64,000 nt of DNA from an uncultured Planctomycetota bacterium (GCA_963845755.1 CAWJTV010000009.1:32001-96000); one strand, 5' to 3'; shown: positions 29,175 through 41,290, counted from the stretch's first letter. The notes: generated from the sequence alone by a model not told the origin. Numbers and translations: made by a program.

Positions 29175-29608
29175 CAGAAAAGACCCTGGTCGACGGCCTG
29201 GAGGAGGGATACGACCTTGGCTTCCTCATGAGTCCCGATCAAGTCACCGGGCTTCCTCCCCCCCAGTTGTGCGCTTGGGGTCGATAACCAGGTCTCGGGG
29301 TCATCCACGACCACCGCCAGGAGCTCGTCGAGGGAATCCGGCCGAATCGGCGGGGACGTCTCGAGAGCGTTCGGTTTTTCGGAGAGTTCAGGCATGATCT
29401 CGCCCTTGAGATCGCGTTGAAGCGCCCGCTCAGCGGCGTCTGGCTCAGCGAGTCGCCTTTCGGCCAATTCCTTGAGTTCCAGGTAGCACTTGCGAGGGTC
29501 CTTGCACCGGAACTCAACGAAACTCACGATCGAGCCCAGAAACTCGGCCCATTCCTGAGAATCCGACTGAGGGGACGTTCCTGCCGCAGACTTTTCGATG
29601 TCCAACAT
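29174..29608 (-). CDS. Xre/MbcA/ParS-type antitoxin (alternative start at 29395)
   Basis: WLSTPSAQLGGRKPGDLI...VVSLLQAVDQGLF; TGATG stop/start overlap with the RES gene. Confidence 0.82.
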   Translation of the reverse strand: MLDIEKSAAGTSPQSDSQEWAEFLGSIVSFVEFRCKDPRKCYLELKELAERRLAEPDAAERALQRDLKGEIMPELSEKPNALETSPPIRPDSLDELLAVVVDDPETWLSTPSAQLGGRKPGDLIGTHEEAKVVSLLQAVDQGLF

Positions 29609-29801
29609 GACCGGCTCGTTGTAGCAAGTCGCCCGAGATTGGTAAAGACGTAGAACGGTTCCTGCCTCTATCTCAATCCTCCCCAAGTGCTCCGGATTTC
29701 ACAATGGGGGCGCTCATGGAACGCGAAGGACAAGGCCAGGCATCACTTCCATCTTTTCTCCGGTATGATTCAACGCGATCGATCCCTGCCCACCCTGCCT
29801 A

Positions 29802-30138
29802 TCACGCCCAGACGCTCCGATCGAGCGAACGGTAGCCGACGGCCTCGGCGATGTGCTGGGGCTTGATGTCGTCCTGGCCTTCCAGGTCGGTGATCGTGCG
29901 GGCTACGCGCAAGACCTTATCGTGAGCCCGCGCCGACAGCCCCATGTCCTCCATCACCGCCTTGAGGAACGCCCGCGACTCGGGCACCAAGGCGCAGAAC
30001 TTCCGCACCTGCGCACCGGCGTCCAGCCGTTGACTTGCAGGCCGAACCGCTTCGAGTGCCGCGCCCGCGCCTCCAGCACCTGCTCCCGCAGCTCGGCCGA
30101 GGTCGGGCCGCGGGCCATCCCGGCCAGTTGGGTGAACT
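29802..30138 (-). pseudogene. comM: 3'-terminal fragment of YifB/ComM Mg-chelatase-like ATPase
   Basis: FTQLA..GPTSAELREQVLEARAR (one frame), then GLSARAHDKVLRVARTITDLEG..HIAEAVGYRSLDR; the 5' three-quarters is absent. Confidence 0.8.
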
Positions 30139-33052
30139 CTACCTCGAAGCAGGTTCGCGCCGAAAGCCGGGGAGAGCCTTGGGAGATGAGTCTCCTTCAC
30201 GGAGTCGGTAGCCTCGTCCCGGCTCGAGTCCTTTGTAACGATCAACCCGGCCGGATGGCCACGTCACTTCAACCGGGTCGACGCGATCGGCCGTTCCCAG
30301 TCCGATATGGAGGCGGGGATCCGAGGCGGACTGGTAGCTTCCCCCGCCTGTTCGCCAGGCGATCTGGCGACGCTTACCGGACTCGACGACGACCCGCGCT
30401 CCGACGGCGTCTCGGTTCGAAGACGTACCTTCGAGCAGGAGGGTGAGGGAACGGCCGCCCCCAGTCCGATTGTGGAAGTAAACCGCGGGTCGGTTCTGTG
30501 GAAGGATCACCAGGTCGACCCGTCCATCATTGTCCAGGTCTCCCGCAGCCAGGCCGCGTCCCAGGAGCTCGAGCTGGAAGGCAGGGCCGGCGCGGTCGGT
30601 CACGTCGACCAGTTTATGCCCCTTTTCTGCGCCTGCGAAGAGCTGCGCCTGCATCTGTTGCGGAACATCGGTTCGACCTTCATCGACGTGGCCGTTGGCT
30701 GTCACCAGATCGAGCCGGCCGTCGTTGTTGAAATCGACAAAGGCCATCCCAAACCCAAGCCGGTAGCGGCTGGCCACCGTGAGGCCGTACTCCGCGGAAT
30801 GGTCGCTGAACACGCCGTCACCCAGGTTCAGGTATAGGGCTGTGTATTCGTTGTAGAAGTTGGTGACGGCGAGGTCCGGCAATCCGTCGCCGTTGACATC
30901 GCCGCAGGCGACACCCATGCTCGCCTGGTACAAACCGCTTGCGTTGCTGGCGACGCCGGCGATATGGCCGACCTCCTCAAAGCGGTGGTTTCCGCGATTC
31001 AAGAAGAGGAACTTGGCCGATTGGTCGTTGGCCACGAAGAGATCGATGCGTCCGTCACCATTAAGGTCGCTCGCGACAACCCCAAGCCCCTGCCCATCAC
31101 CGTCGACGATTCCTGCCTCGGTCGAGATATCGACGAAGCGCCCCCCGTCGTTGCGGAACAGGTGATCGGGCTGGGCGTGAAATTCAGGCGGTCCACAAAA
31201 GGTGAAGGTATTGCGAGCCTTGTCCCAGCACTCACGTGGGTGTTTGCTGTCCCAGGCGAGATAGTGACAAACATAAAGATCGAGGTCGCCGTCGCCGTCG
31301 ATGTCCGCGAAGGCCGCCGACGTTGGCCAATCGCGGTCGCCCGCCAAGCCGGCCTTGCTGGTAACGTCTTCGAACGTGCCGTCTCCCTTGTTCCGGAAGA
31401 GGGCGTAGGCTTGCCATCGAGTCAGGAACAGATCCGGGTGGCCGTCGTTGTCGATGTCGCCGACCGCGACGCCGTGGCCATATCCGTGAGGCAGCTCGGT
31501 GATGCGCGATCGTACGCTGACGTCCTCGAACGTGCCGTCGCCCTTGTTGCGGAAAAGGCGATCGCCGGTGTTCGGCGCCTCTCGGCTGGGGGGGAACTTG
31601 CCTCCCTGGACGAGATAGACATCGAGCCAGCCATCGCCGTCGTAATCGAGCAGGCCGAGCCCTCCGCTCATCGTTTCCGGCATCTGGTGGAGGGTTTCCA
31701 GTCCGTTGTCGAACGTGAAGCGCAGACCAGCCGGCTCGGCGTCATCGACGAACCACGGGCTTGCGCCGCAGGATGAGGCACGCGGCGCATGGCCCTCTGG
31801 TGTGGCATGCCGCATTCAGCTCGGCCAGCAGGCCAGCGGGCGTCAACGGCGAGGGAGCTGGGCCGGCAGACATCGCCTCGCGGTCCAGGCGAGCTAGCTC
31901 CGTCCTTGCCAATGCGGCATGGGCGGGTTGTTCGGCCGCGAGTTCCCACCAACAATGGGCTTCGAACCGGCGGCCGACTGCTTCGGCGGCTCGAGCTAGC
32001 TCTGTTACGTGCTCGAGCCGGTTGGCGGGGAACATGTTCGCCTGATACCAGTTCAGCGTCCACTCCAGCGCCCCTTTTCGCGCGCGCAGTTCTTTGGCCC
32101 TCTCAGGGCGACCGGTCCGGAGCAGTAACTCGGCCAGACCCTCCATCGCATCCAGGGCGCCCGGGTCGCACTCCACCAGTTCCTCCAGCGCACGGCGCTC
32201 CCGTTCGGTGTCGCCAGCTCGGCGAGCAAACCAGGCGCGCAAGGAGAGAAGCTCAGTCCGGGGCACTCGGTCGGATGGCAGATGCGCCAGGGCGCGCCGC
32301 ACCTCGGCCTCATTTTCGGCGGCGCGGGCCCAGTCGAGCCGAACTCGCCATACGGCCGGGTCGGTCGGCCGGCGCTCCAGGCAGCGGTCAAGCCAACCAC
32401 GTGCCTCTTCGAATCGTCCCTGCCTCCTGGCCAGGGTCGCCCAACCCAACCAGATTCGGTCGTCATCCGGAGCCGCTCGCGCAGCCGTCTCGAGAATGGG
32501 CCGAACCTTCTCGATGGGAATCGGATTGGAGGTGTCGAGTCGGTAATGTTCCTGGATGGTTCCGACCGGGTCATAGTGGCCCCAGCCCTCACGAACGAGA
32601 TGACGAGCCTCGTCGAAACGCCCCTCTAACTTGTAAAGGTGAACGAGCGTCTCCCTGGCTTCTTTCCCGAAGTCGCCGGGATCTTCCAGTGCGGCGGGCA
32701 ACAGGGGCTCCGCAACCGACAGCCGATGAATCTTGAGCGCCTGGCGGGCTCTCATCATGGCGGCCCGCGCTGCATGCGGTGAGTGCGTAGGTACCCGCGC
32801 CCATGCCGCCTCGGCACGGTCGAGACGCCCAAGGGCCAATTCGCAGATCCCGAGGTCGTATTGGATCTCGCCATGACCGGGCCAGCGGGCTGCCAGCCGG
32901 GCCAGCCGAGGCAAAGCCGATCTAAACTTACCCGAGCGCACGTCGCGCTGCGCCTGTCCCCAATCCGACTGGAGCCGCCAGATATCGAATGCCCAGAATC
33001 CCCCACAAGCACCAAGAATTCCGATCCCATAGATCCACCATCGCCGGCGCAT
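30139..33052 (-). CDS. TPR + FG-GAP repeat + ASPIC/UnbV (CRTAC1-like) protein; frameshift at ~31790
   Basis: DYDGDGWLD, DIDNDGHPD and similar repeats; SNRDAVGARV, GGGSYQS; N-terminal TM and TPR in ORF 31742-33082. Confidence 0.88.
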
Positions 33053-33081
33053 CAAATACCCCCTAAACGCGCGCAGAAACA

Positions 33082-33113
33082 ACCACGCCGGAGGAGTTTA
33101 GCTCCGGCGTGGT
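33082..33113. other. Perfect 12-bp hairpin between MITE A and the FG-GAP gene start
   Basis: ACCACGCCGGAG / CTCCGGCGTGGT. Confidence 0.55.
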
Positions 33114-33118
33114 CACGG

Positions 33119-33443
33119 CTAGAGCGCGTAACGATTGCATTGCGCACATGCGCCCGCCGCGAGCGATCGAGCCCACCGCAGCCAGGGGGGACGATGTCCG
33201 GCGGCGGCCCGCAGGGCCGCAGGAGCCAAGCCCCGGGTGAAACCCGGGGTCCGTGGCAAGCCAGCCCCCATCCCCGGCGGCCTGAAGGGCCGCAGGAGAC
33301 GTCTGGCACCCCTTCAGGGTGCACGAGGAAGGCGCGGGGTGCACGAGTCCCAGGGTTTCACCCTGGGCTGGGTTCCCGCGGCCCGTCAGGCCGCAGAACA
33401 TCGGCTGACAGAGTGTGCGCAACCCATCTGTTATGCGCTCGAG
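33119..33443. mobile_element. MITE family A, copy 2 (longer, with internal REP-like palindromes)
   Basis: CTAGAGCGCGTAACGATTGCATTGCGCAC ... GTGTGCGCAACCCATCTGTTATGCGCTCGAG; inner CCCCGGGTGAAACCCGGGG and CCCAGGGTTTCACCCTGGG. Confidence 0.85.
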
Positions 33444-33506
33444 CCTCATCGGATACGACCGCGGCCAAGCAAAACGCTTCGGCCCGCGATCGACCTCTCG
33501 CGATCT

Positions 33507-34658
33507 TCAGTACGCATCGGAGCTGATGACTTCGCCGCCATTTCTGGTCCCCAGGGACCACCAGGTTGGGTAGCTGATTGAGCTCTTGACAAACTTCACG
33601 GAGCCGTCGCCGAAAAGCACATTGGCCCCACCGGGATGGGCACTGCTGGCGCCATAGCTGAAGCCATCATTGGGGAACTGACCCGGCGTTCCACCGTCGC
33701 GGCAGCCGCCGATCGGGTACTTGGAATCGTTCGGGACCTGGACGGTGTTGAACATCGACCAGCCGGTGCAGCCAATGCTCCAGCGAAATCCCCGGTCGTC
33801 CTGAATCGCGGTGAGTGACGTTTGAAACGCGGTGACGCATTGGGACAGCGAGCTGAAAATCAATGTCGGATTGGCGAAGATATTGAGCATCTTTTCGGCG
33901 CCTGCGGCGGACGTTACCGTGCCCGTAATGTAGTTACCCCGATAGCGGCTCGGATTCGTGGTATTGCCCGCGAACTCACTCCCGTTTGAATCGCCCACCA
34001 ACGCTTCGGCGTAGGCGACCGTATTGGAAGAGCCATCGGTGATACTCTGGAGACCGTAGCTCATGCCGATCGAGAAGAGACCGGTGGAGTCCGCCGCGGA
34101 TTCCCCCATTGTATAGTTGGCGGACGGGCCTAAGGTCCAGTTATAAAGGCCTGTGGTGGTCGCTCCGTAGGATGCCGCGTAGTTATTATTGTTTTGCCTC
34201 TGGCCGACGTTTGGGTCCGACGGGCACATGAACATGGAGAGGTTCGTGAGCAGGACGGTCTGGTTGCAGTCGGAGGCAGACGCGACGCTCGCCTGGCCGC
34301 TGAAATTGCTCGCATCCAGAACGGACCACGAGAAATTGCAGGCGTTATAGAGAGGTGCCTGTTCCAGGTAGCCCAGCATCAACGCCTGGGCGCTCCAGGC
34401 CGACCAGATTGACTGGGCGAGACCTGGCGAATTGTTCTGGGGTGCAATGCTGCTTCCCATCGGGAAGACGCCCATGCCCGTGTGGTAATTGTGCATGGCC
34501 AGGCCGATTTGCTTCATATTGTTGACGCATTGGATGCGCCGCGCGGCTTCACGCGCTGACTGAACGGCCGGCAGCAGGAGCGCGATCAAAACCGCGATGA
34601 TGGCGATGACAACCAGGAGCTCGATCAAAGTAAAACCGGCACGTGTACGTTGCCTCAC
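33507..34658 (-). CDS. DUF1559 prepilin-type N-terminal cleavage protein
   Basis: [50 protein letters not shown]. Confidence 0.96.
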   Translation of the reverse strand: MRQRTRAGFTLIELLVVIAIIAVLIALLLPAVQSAREAARRIQCVNNMKQIGLAMHNYHTGMGVFPMGSSIAPQNNSPGLAQSIWSAWSAQALMLGYLEQAPLYNACNFSWSVLDASNFSGQASVASASDCNQTVLLTNLSMFMCPSDPNVGQRQNNNNYAASYGATTTGLYNWTLGPSANYTMGESAADSTGLFSIGMSYGLQSITDGSSNTVAYAEALVGDSNGSEFAGNTTNPSRYRGNYITGTVTSAAGAEKMLNIFANPTLIFSSLSQCVTAFQTSLTAIQDDRGFRWSIGCTGWSMFNTVQVPNDSKYPIGGCRDGGTPGQFPNDGFSYGASSAHPGGANVLFGDGSVKFVKSSISYPTWWSLGTRNGGEVISSDAY

Positions 34659-34827
34659 GAGAAAGTCCCTTCTTGATAGAGAAATGGAGAAGTGAGTGAG
34701 GGATCTCGGTCGCGGATCGGACGAAGCGACTCACCCGATCGGCCGAGGGCATCGGCTCGAGCGATACCGACGCGGGGGATTCCGTCGAGTTCGCGCAGGC
34801 GCGTACTCGGGCATCAGAGATGCTCGG

Positions 34828-35040
34828 CTAATGCTTCTTCTTGACCCGAGCAGGCAGCTTCGCTTGGGCCGCTTCGCTCTGTCCTGGGTTGGAGCTGCCG
34901 AGTTTCTTGAGGATGTTCGACTCGATGGGCTTGTATTCCGCCTTCGCTCCACCCGAGTCACAGCCGGACAGGGCACTAGCCAGCCCGATGAACAGGCCCA
35001 GACCGAGGGTCGCGACGCAAGTCTTCCCGTAGAATCGCAT
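34828..35040 (-). CDS. Small lipoprotein upstream of the DUF1559 gene
   Basis: Lipobox LSGC; GGAG RBS. Confidence 0.75.
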   Translation of the reverse strand: MRFYGKTCVATLGLGLFIGLASALSGCDSGGAKAEYKPIESNILKKLGSSNPGQSEAAQAKLPARVKKKH

Positions 35041-35347
35041 GAAATCACTCCGTCGTGTATCGATTCCTCCGACCTCTCCGCGGGTCCATCGCGACGCGGT
35101 CCGGCGGGGAACTGAGAGGAGTCCGTGCAGCGAAAGCCGGATCCATCGATCTTGACACGTGCCGCGCCCCGCAACTACCATCCACTAGAATCCTCGTCAA
35201 ATCGCGTCAAATCCCCGACACGTTTTTTGGGCTCGTGCGACCGAACCTATCACCGGCCCGTTGTCATGCGAGCCCGGCAGGCCCTGGGGGGTTCGTTCGC
35301 TTGACGGATTGACGGGGGTGACTATCCCCATCAGAAGGCGTTCGGCC

Positions 35348-35962
35348 ATGAACTCACCCTCTCCGGTCGGGATCTGGGTCTCTCAGCTCAAGGACGGTGA
35401 TCCTCAAGCAGCCCAACAGCTTTGGAACACCTATTTCTTTCGGATGGTGAAAGTGGCGCGGTGCAAGCTTCATGGCGCGCCCGCCGGGATGGCCGATGAG
35501 GAGGATGTGGCCCTCAGTGCGTTCAAGAGCTTTTGTCGAGGGACCCGGGACGGTCGATTTACCGACTTGCAGGATCACGAGGATCCCTGGCCCCTCCTCC
35601 TGGCGCTCACGACCCACAAGGCGATCGATCTGCTCCGGTACGAGCGGCGGGCCAAGCGGGGCGGACCCGACAAGAAACATGCCCCGCCGGCGGGTCTGGA
35701 GGAGGCGCCGGGTGCGGACATTGGCATGTCGCAACTGATCGGCAAGGAGCCGGATCCTCAAGCCGCGGTTCAGGCTGCCGAGGAATGCCAGGAGATCCTC
35801 GATCGGTTCAGCGATACGATCCTTCGCGCCATCGCGCTATGGAAGATGGAGGGGTTCACGACCGAGGAGATCGCTTCCAAACTCGATTGCACCACGCGTA
35901 CCGTCGAGCGAAAGCTCCAGCTCATTCGCAGGCTTTGGGGCTGTGGAGCACCCTCACGATGA
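35348..35962 (+). CDS. ECF-type RNA polymerase sigma factor (planctomycete kinase-associated type)
   Basis: GDPQAAQQLW, DEEDVALSAFKSF, EGFTTEEIA..L..TTRTVERKL. Confidence 0.92.
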   Translation: MNSPSPVGIWVSQLKDGDPQAAQQLWNTYFFRMVKVARCKLHGAPAGMADEEDVALSAFKSFCRGTRDGRFTDLQDHEDPWPLLLALTTHKAIDLLRYERRAKRGGPDKKHAPPAGLEEAPGADIGMSQLIGKEPDPQAAVQAAEECQEILDRFSDTILRAIALWKMEGFTTEEIASKLDCTTRTVERKLQLIRRLWGCGAPSR

Positions 35963-38900
35963 TCGCCGACTCGGAGCCCTCGCAGGGTCAGGATGGGGTG
36001 ACCGACTCGGAGCTTTGGCGAATCGACCAGATCTGCGACGGTTTCGAGACGGCCTGGAAGTCGGAGCGCCGGCCACCGATCGAAGGGTTTCTCGAGGCTA
36101 CGGCCGGCGCGAGTCGCCGGCTCCTCCTCCGCGAGCTCGTGCTCCTCGATGTCCAGTACCGGCGGCGCCAGCGAGAAACTCCGGCGATCGCCGAGTATCG
36201 AGATCGGTTTCCCGAGCTGGACGAGACGTGGCTGGACGCCGAGCTGACCGCGGATCTCCGCGACGACACGGCCACCGGCGACAGGGGTGATCGCGCGGAG
36301 GCGTCGCCGGAGAATCCCAACGCGAGATCACCCTTTGCTGGGGACCACGAACCGAGGAAGTTCGGCAAGTTTCAGCTTCTCGAGCGGGTCGGCGTCGGCG
36401 GTTTTGGGACGGTCTGGCGCACGCGCGACGTCCAGTTGAACCGAATCGTCGCGCTCAAGATCCCGCACGCCCACCTGACCGAGACCGCCGGTGAGGTTGC
36501 GAGGTTCTACGGAGAGGCCCGGGCGGCCGCCCAGCTCCGACATCCTGGTATCGTCACCGTCCACGAGGTCACGGATCTCAACGGCCTGCCCATCCTCGTG
36601 TGCGATTTCGTCGCCGGCCCGACGCTGCGCGACTTGCTCGGCACGCGCCGGCTCGGCCGTCGGGCCGCGGTCAAGCTGGTCGCGAAGGTCGCCGACGCGC
36701 TGGCCTACGCCCACTCCATGGGGGCCATTCATCGCGACATCAAGCCGGCCAACATCATGCTCGACACCGCCGTTGCCGACTCGGGAGCAGTCCCCGACGA
36801 CGCGGGTTCGGATTGGCCCGGTGAACCCCGGATCGTCGATTTCGGCCTGGCGTTCCTCGACCAGGAGTCCATCCATCTGACCCAGGAGGGGGCGATCATC
36901 GGGACTCCGGCTTACATGAGCCCGGAGCAAGCGGTCGGCCGCGACTCGGCACATCCGATCGACCATCGCACGGATGTTTACAGCCTGGGCGTGGTCCTCT
37001 ATGAGCTACTGACTGGATCGCTTCCTTTCGCGGGGACCCGATCGGAGCTGCTCAACAAGGTCATCGGTTCCGATCCTCCGAGTCCCCGGCGATTCGACCG
37101 GGCCATTCCTCGCGACCTGGAAAGCATCTGCCTGAAGACCATCGCCAAGGAGCCGCGGCACCGTTATCTCTCGGCCCGCGAGCTGGCCGACGATCTGCGC
37201 GGCTTCCTCGAAGGCGAGCCGGTCCGGGCCCGCCCGATCAGCCTGTGGCAACGCGCGCTCCGCCGGGCGCATCGACGGCCGGCCGAGGCGGCCCTGTGGC
37301 TGATGGGGGCCGTGACGTTGCTGGCGGTCTTCGGCCTGGCCATCGGCTATCGCTACCACCTGCGGCTGGAGCATGAGTTCCGGGCGACCGATGCCGCACG
37401 CCGTGCCGCCGACCAGGAGCGGAGGCGCGCCGAGCGCTTCCTCTACTTCCACCGCATGGCGCTGGCCGAGCGCGAGTGGTCGGCCAACAACATCGATCGC
37501 GTCGAGCGCCTGCTCGAGGATTGTCCCCCGCCCCTCCGTGGATGGGAGTGGCGCTATTTGAAAGGGCAGTGCCATCATGAGCTGCTCTCCATGGATCACT
37601 CTCCCTCAGCGACCGGCTCCTACACCGTGACCTGCGTGCAATACAGCCCCGACGGCAAGGCCGTCGCCTCCGCGAGCAAGGACGGTACGATTCGCCTCTG
37701 GGATTCCGCGACCGGCCGGCTAATCAGGCTGTTGGGCCGGCACAAGAACGCCGCGTTCTCCCTGGCGTTCCGGCCCGGCGGCCAGGAGCTGGCTTCCGCG
37801 GGCGAACACGGAAACATCCGGATCTGGGATCCTCGAGCCGGATCCTTGCTGCGGACCCTGCCCACGGGGACCGACACGATCTATGCGTTGAGCTACAGCC
37901 CGGATGGACGACTCCTGGCCTCGGGTGACGGATTTCCTCCGTTCGAAGAGCCCTATCACATGCGCGGGCAGGGTGTCGTCCGCATCTGGGATGCGGCGAC
38001 CGGACAGATGATCCATACGCTGCGGGGTCATACTCAGAACGTCATGGGTGTGGCGTTCAGCCCCGATGGCCGGACGCTCGCCTCGGTCAGCGGCTCCTCG
38101 CTGACCGTGCCGCAAACCGCGAGCAAGCCGGGCGAGCTGTTCCTCTGGAACACCGCAACCGGCGAGCGCGTTCGCAACGTGACCGGTCATGCCGGGCCGC
38201 TCACGGGCGTCAGCTACGACCCCGGCGGAAACCTGATCGCAACCTCGAGCTGGGACCGCACGATCCGGCTTTGGGACGCCGGCACCGGCGACTTGCGGCA
38301 CTCCCTCACCGGTCACCGGGACTGGGTGCTCCACGCGGCGTTCAGCCCCGACGGCGGGCGGATCGCGAGCAGTGGTGCCGATGGGGCGATCAAGGTCTGG
38401 GACAGCGCGAGCGGCCAGGAACTCTGGACCCTGCGCGGCCACACCAAGAACGTCACTTGCGTGACCTTCAGTCCGGATGGACGCCGGCTGGCGTCGAGCA
38501 GCTCGGATCAGACGGTCCGGATCTGGGACGCCACGGCTAGCCCCGAGGCGCACGCCTGGCGCGGCGCCGTCGGGCCGATCGCGCGAATCGCCTTCTTCCC
38601 CGACGGTCATCGACTCCTGGTGGCCGGGAACATCGAGGACGCCCCGGGCCGGGTCCGTCACCGCTTGACGATCCTCGACACAGCCCAGGGCCTACGTGAG
38701 GCGGCGTTCGATGATGCCGATGACTCCGGGCGCGGCCGGCCGATTGATGGGATCGCCATCCGGCGCGATGGCCGGCTCGTCGCCTCAGCATCGCAGAGCG
38801 GACGGATCGAGGCGTGGTCCGTCCCGGAGGCGCGATCGTGCTTTCGCTACGATGAACCGACGAGTCGATTCGAGGACGTCGCCTTCAGCCCCGATGGACT

Positions 38901-39571
38901 CCGGCTGGCCGCCGCGGGTCAGGTGGATTCCCGCCTGCCAAACGGCGAACCCGCCCCCCGACCCGAGACGGAGGGCAACGGCCTCGTGCTCGTCCTAGAG
39001 CTCGAGACCGGCAAGGTCCTCTGGCGAGTCGGCGGCGTGAACACGGGACTCATCCGGGACCTCGCCTTCAGCCCCGATGGCCAGACCCTTGCCACGGCAG
39101 ACAACACCAGCACGATCACGATCTGGGATGGTCAGACCGGGGGTGTGCGGCGCCAGCTCCGCGGGCACAATCGGCTGGTCTCTTATCTCGCGTTCAGCCC
39201 GGACGGGACGAAACTCGCATCGGCGAGCTGGGATTCGACGGTCGTGCTCTGGGACCTCGCCGACAGCCGCGCGATGACGCGGCTACAGGGACACATGCGG
39301 CTCGGTTCTCGGCGTGGCGTTCAGCCCGGATGGACGCCGGCTGGCGACCTCGAGCGAGGATCAGACCGTCAGGCTCTGGGACGTCGAGACGGGCCAGGAA
39401 GTGTTGACCCTGCACGGCCACACCGACATCGTGCCCACGGTCGCCTTCAGCCCCGACGGGAACCGGCTGGCCACCGCGGGCGCCGATGGCGTCGTCCTGG
39501 TCCGCGAGGCCAGCCCCGCCTATGGCACCGGATCCGCACCGACACCGACTTCTTCGCGTTTCCTGCCCTGA
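35959..39571 (+). CDS. Ser/Thr kinase with WD40 repeats; frameshift at ~39300
   Basis: [31 protein letters not shown]; many GH...FSPDG...WD repeats; ATGA overlap with the sigma gene. Confidence 0.93.
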
Positions 39572-39956
39572 TTTCGATCTGGAGTGTCAATCGTGACGAC
39601 CGAAGAGCGCCGTTGGCCCGCGCCGTCGGAAGCGGCTGACTCGACTTGAGCCCCGACTTCGTCCCCCTCCCAAACCGGCGCGGGGCCAGCGCGCGCCGTG
39701 GTTCCGATTGGTCCCGCCCCGCGTTCGTCTCAGCCCCGGGGTGATTTGGGACGATCGCGTGCGTCGCGCCGGGCGCAGGAATCAAGACGATGCCCTGAAC
39801 ACGAACCCATACCCGTCAACCGCTTTGAAGATGCACTTCACCGGACGGACACTCACGATCGAGTCGAGCGCGCTACCGGGCCGATGCGAAGATCACTCCG
39901 GCAAGGCCATGAATCCTCCGAGCGTGTGCCAGCCAACCGTCCCGCGATTCCGTCGG

Positions 39957-40571
39957 TTACCCCGGGCGCCGAAATCGGCGCGCACCATAACCGAGGCTGG
40001 CGATCGCACCGATCAGGCCAAGGGTGAAGGTCGAGGGCTCGGGAATGGCCGTTGGAGTCAGAACAATCTCCACAGTTTGCGGCCCTGAAGCGGATATGCT
40101 AAACCCCACACCAATGCTTGTCGTAGCACCGGCCACGAGGCCGGGCGGCCCATTAAATGTCACGGTCGTCGTCATCGGGAAGGGCGGAATAAAAGTTGTA
40201 CCGTTCGAGAAGGTGGCGCCTTGCCAACTCGCTTCGTTAAACGTCGAGCCGGCTGGTGCACTGACCAGAAAGGCATAAAACGAGGGAAAGGTACTGCTGG
40301 TGGAGTTTGTGATGTTCCCAAAGGGAGCGCCGACGAAGTAGTTTCCCGTGCCATTGAGAGTGAGAAAGAAATCGATCGGGCCTGCCGCTGTATAGTTGGC
40401 ATCGAACTGGATGGAATCGTCAGTCGTGAATGTTGTCTCGATCGCGAGGTTCGTCACCGTTCCACCTGGTCCGCTGGCGCTGGCGCCAGTAAACCCGGCG
40501 GAGGCGTGCCGAGCGAACAGGATGCCGAACGCCGAAACCAGAATTCCCACACCGATCAGTCTACGCATCAT
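39957..40571 (-). CDS. PEP-CTERM exported protein
   Basis: Signal peptide; C-terminal IPEPSTFTLGLIG...YGARRFRR. Confidence 0.9.
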   Translation of the reverse strand: MMRRLIGVGILVSAFGILFARHASAGFTGASASGPGGTVTNLAIETTFTTDDSIQFDANYTAAGPIDFFLTLNGTGNYFVGAPFGNITNSTSSTFPSFYAFLVSAPAGSTFNEASWQGATFSNGTTFIPPFPMTTTVTFNGPPGLVAGATTSIGVGFSISASGPQTVEIVLTPTAIPEPSTFTLGLIGAIASLGYGARRFRRPG

Positions 40572-40990
40572 CGCTGAAGTCCCTTGCAGAAAAACATCGA
40601 CACCAAAATTGGACGACTCATTGCAATGGTTCTTGCCCTGAGGCAACAGTTATCTGGCGGTCGACTCCGCATGTCAATCGCTTGCTGCTCGGCGTTCATA
40701 ATGTTCAACAATTCCACTGAGAAGCTTGGCGATGACGTGGGTTTTTCGGAACGCCAGCAGGCCGAACGCGTGTCTGCAACCTCGTTTTCGCTTCACAAGA
40801 GTGGATATGCAAAGCCCCACCGCGTTGTAATGTTCCGTATGGAACGTCATAAAACTGAAATGAACGTTTAAAGTATTTTTCGTTCGTTTTTGGCTCTGTG
40901 ATGTCCCGAGACAACACACGTTGATTCTCGGCAACGGGGGGACGGAGACGTAGCGAGCTTGGGGGGCACAAAGACAGCCATCTGGAGGAC

Positions 40991-41290
40991 CGGCAGGTCG
41001 GCAGCGGCCCGACGGAGGCGACGTGCAAGACGCTCACGGCCCGCCTGAAGGGCTCGGGCATGTGCTGGGACGCCGCCGAGGCGATCCTGGCGCTGGAAGC
41101 CTTGGAACTCCTAATTCAACCACGAAATCCACGAAAAACACGAAATATAAAAAAACGAGAATTGGCTATCCATCTCCTTCACTCTCTGGATTTTTCGTGG
41201 ATTTCGTGGTTGAACTCTTCAAGGGAGAAGGGTCAAGAGCTGTGAGGGGCCGGGTCGTTTCAGGCGCTCTTAGCCAGAGCGGCCAATTTT
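40991..41290 (+). pseudogene. C-terminal remnant of an ISKra4-like transposase, split by an insertion
   Basis: RQVGSGPTEATCKTLTARLKGSGMCWD-AAEAILALEAL (40991-41104), resuming as SQSGQ at 41272. Confidence 0.7.
41105..41271. repeat. Nonamer-palindrome element E, copy 1
   Basis: Perfect 24-bp IR TTCAACCACGAAATCCACGAAAAA (41115-41138 / 41191-41214); tail AACTCTTC.AGGGAGAAGGGTCAA...GCGCTCT shared with 50041-50124. Confidence 0.85.

Noticed and set aside
35533..35958. Apparent N-terminal extension of the kinase ORF overlapping the sigma gene
   Set aside because: The real start is most likely the ATG at 35959 overlapping the sigma stop; the extension is not protein-like
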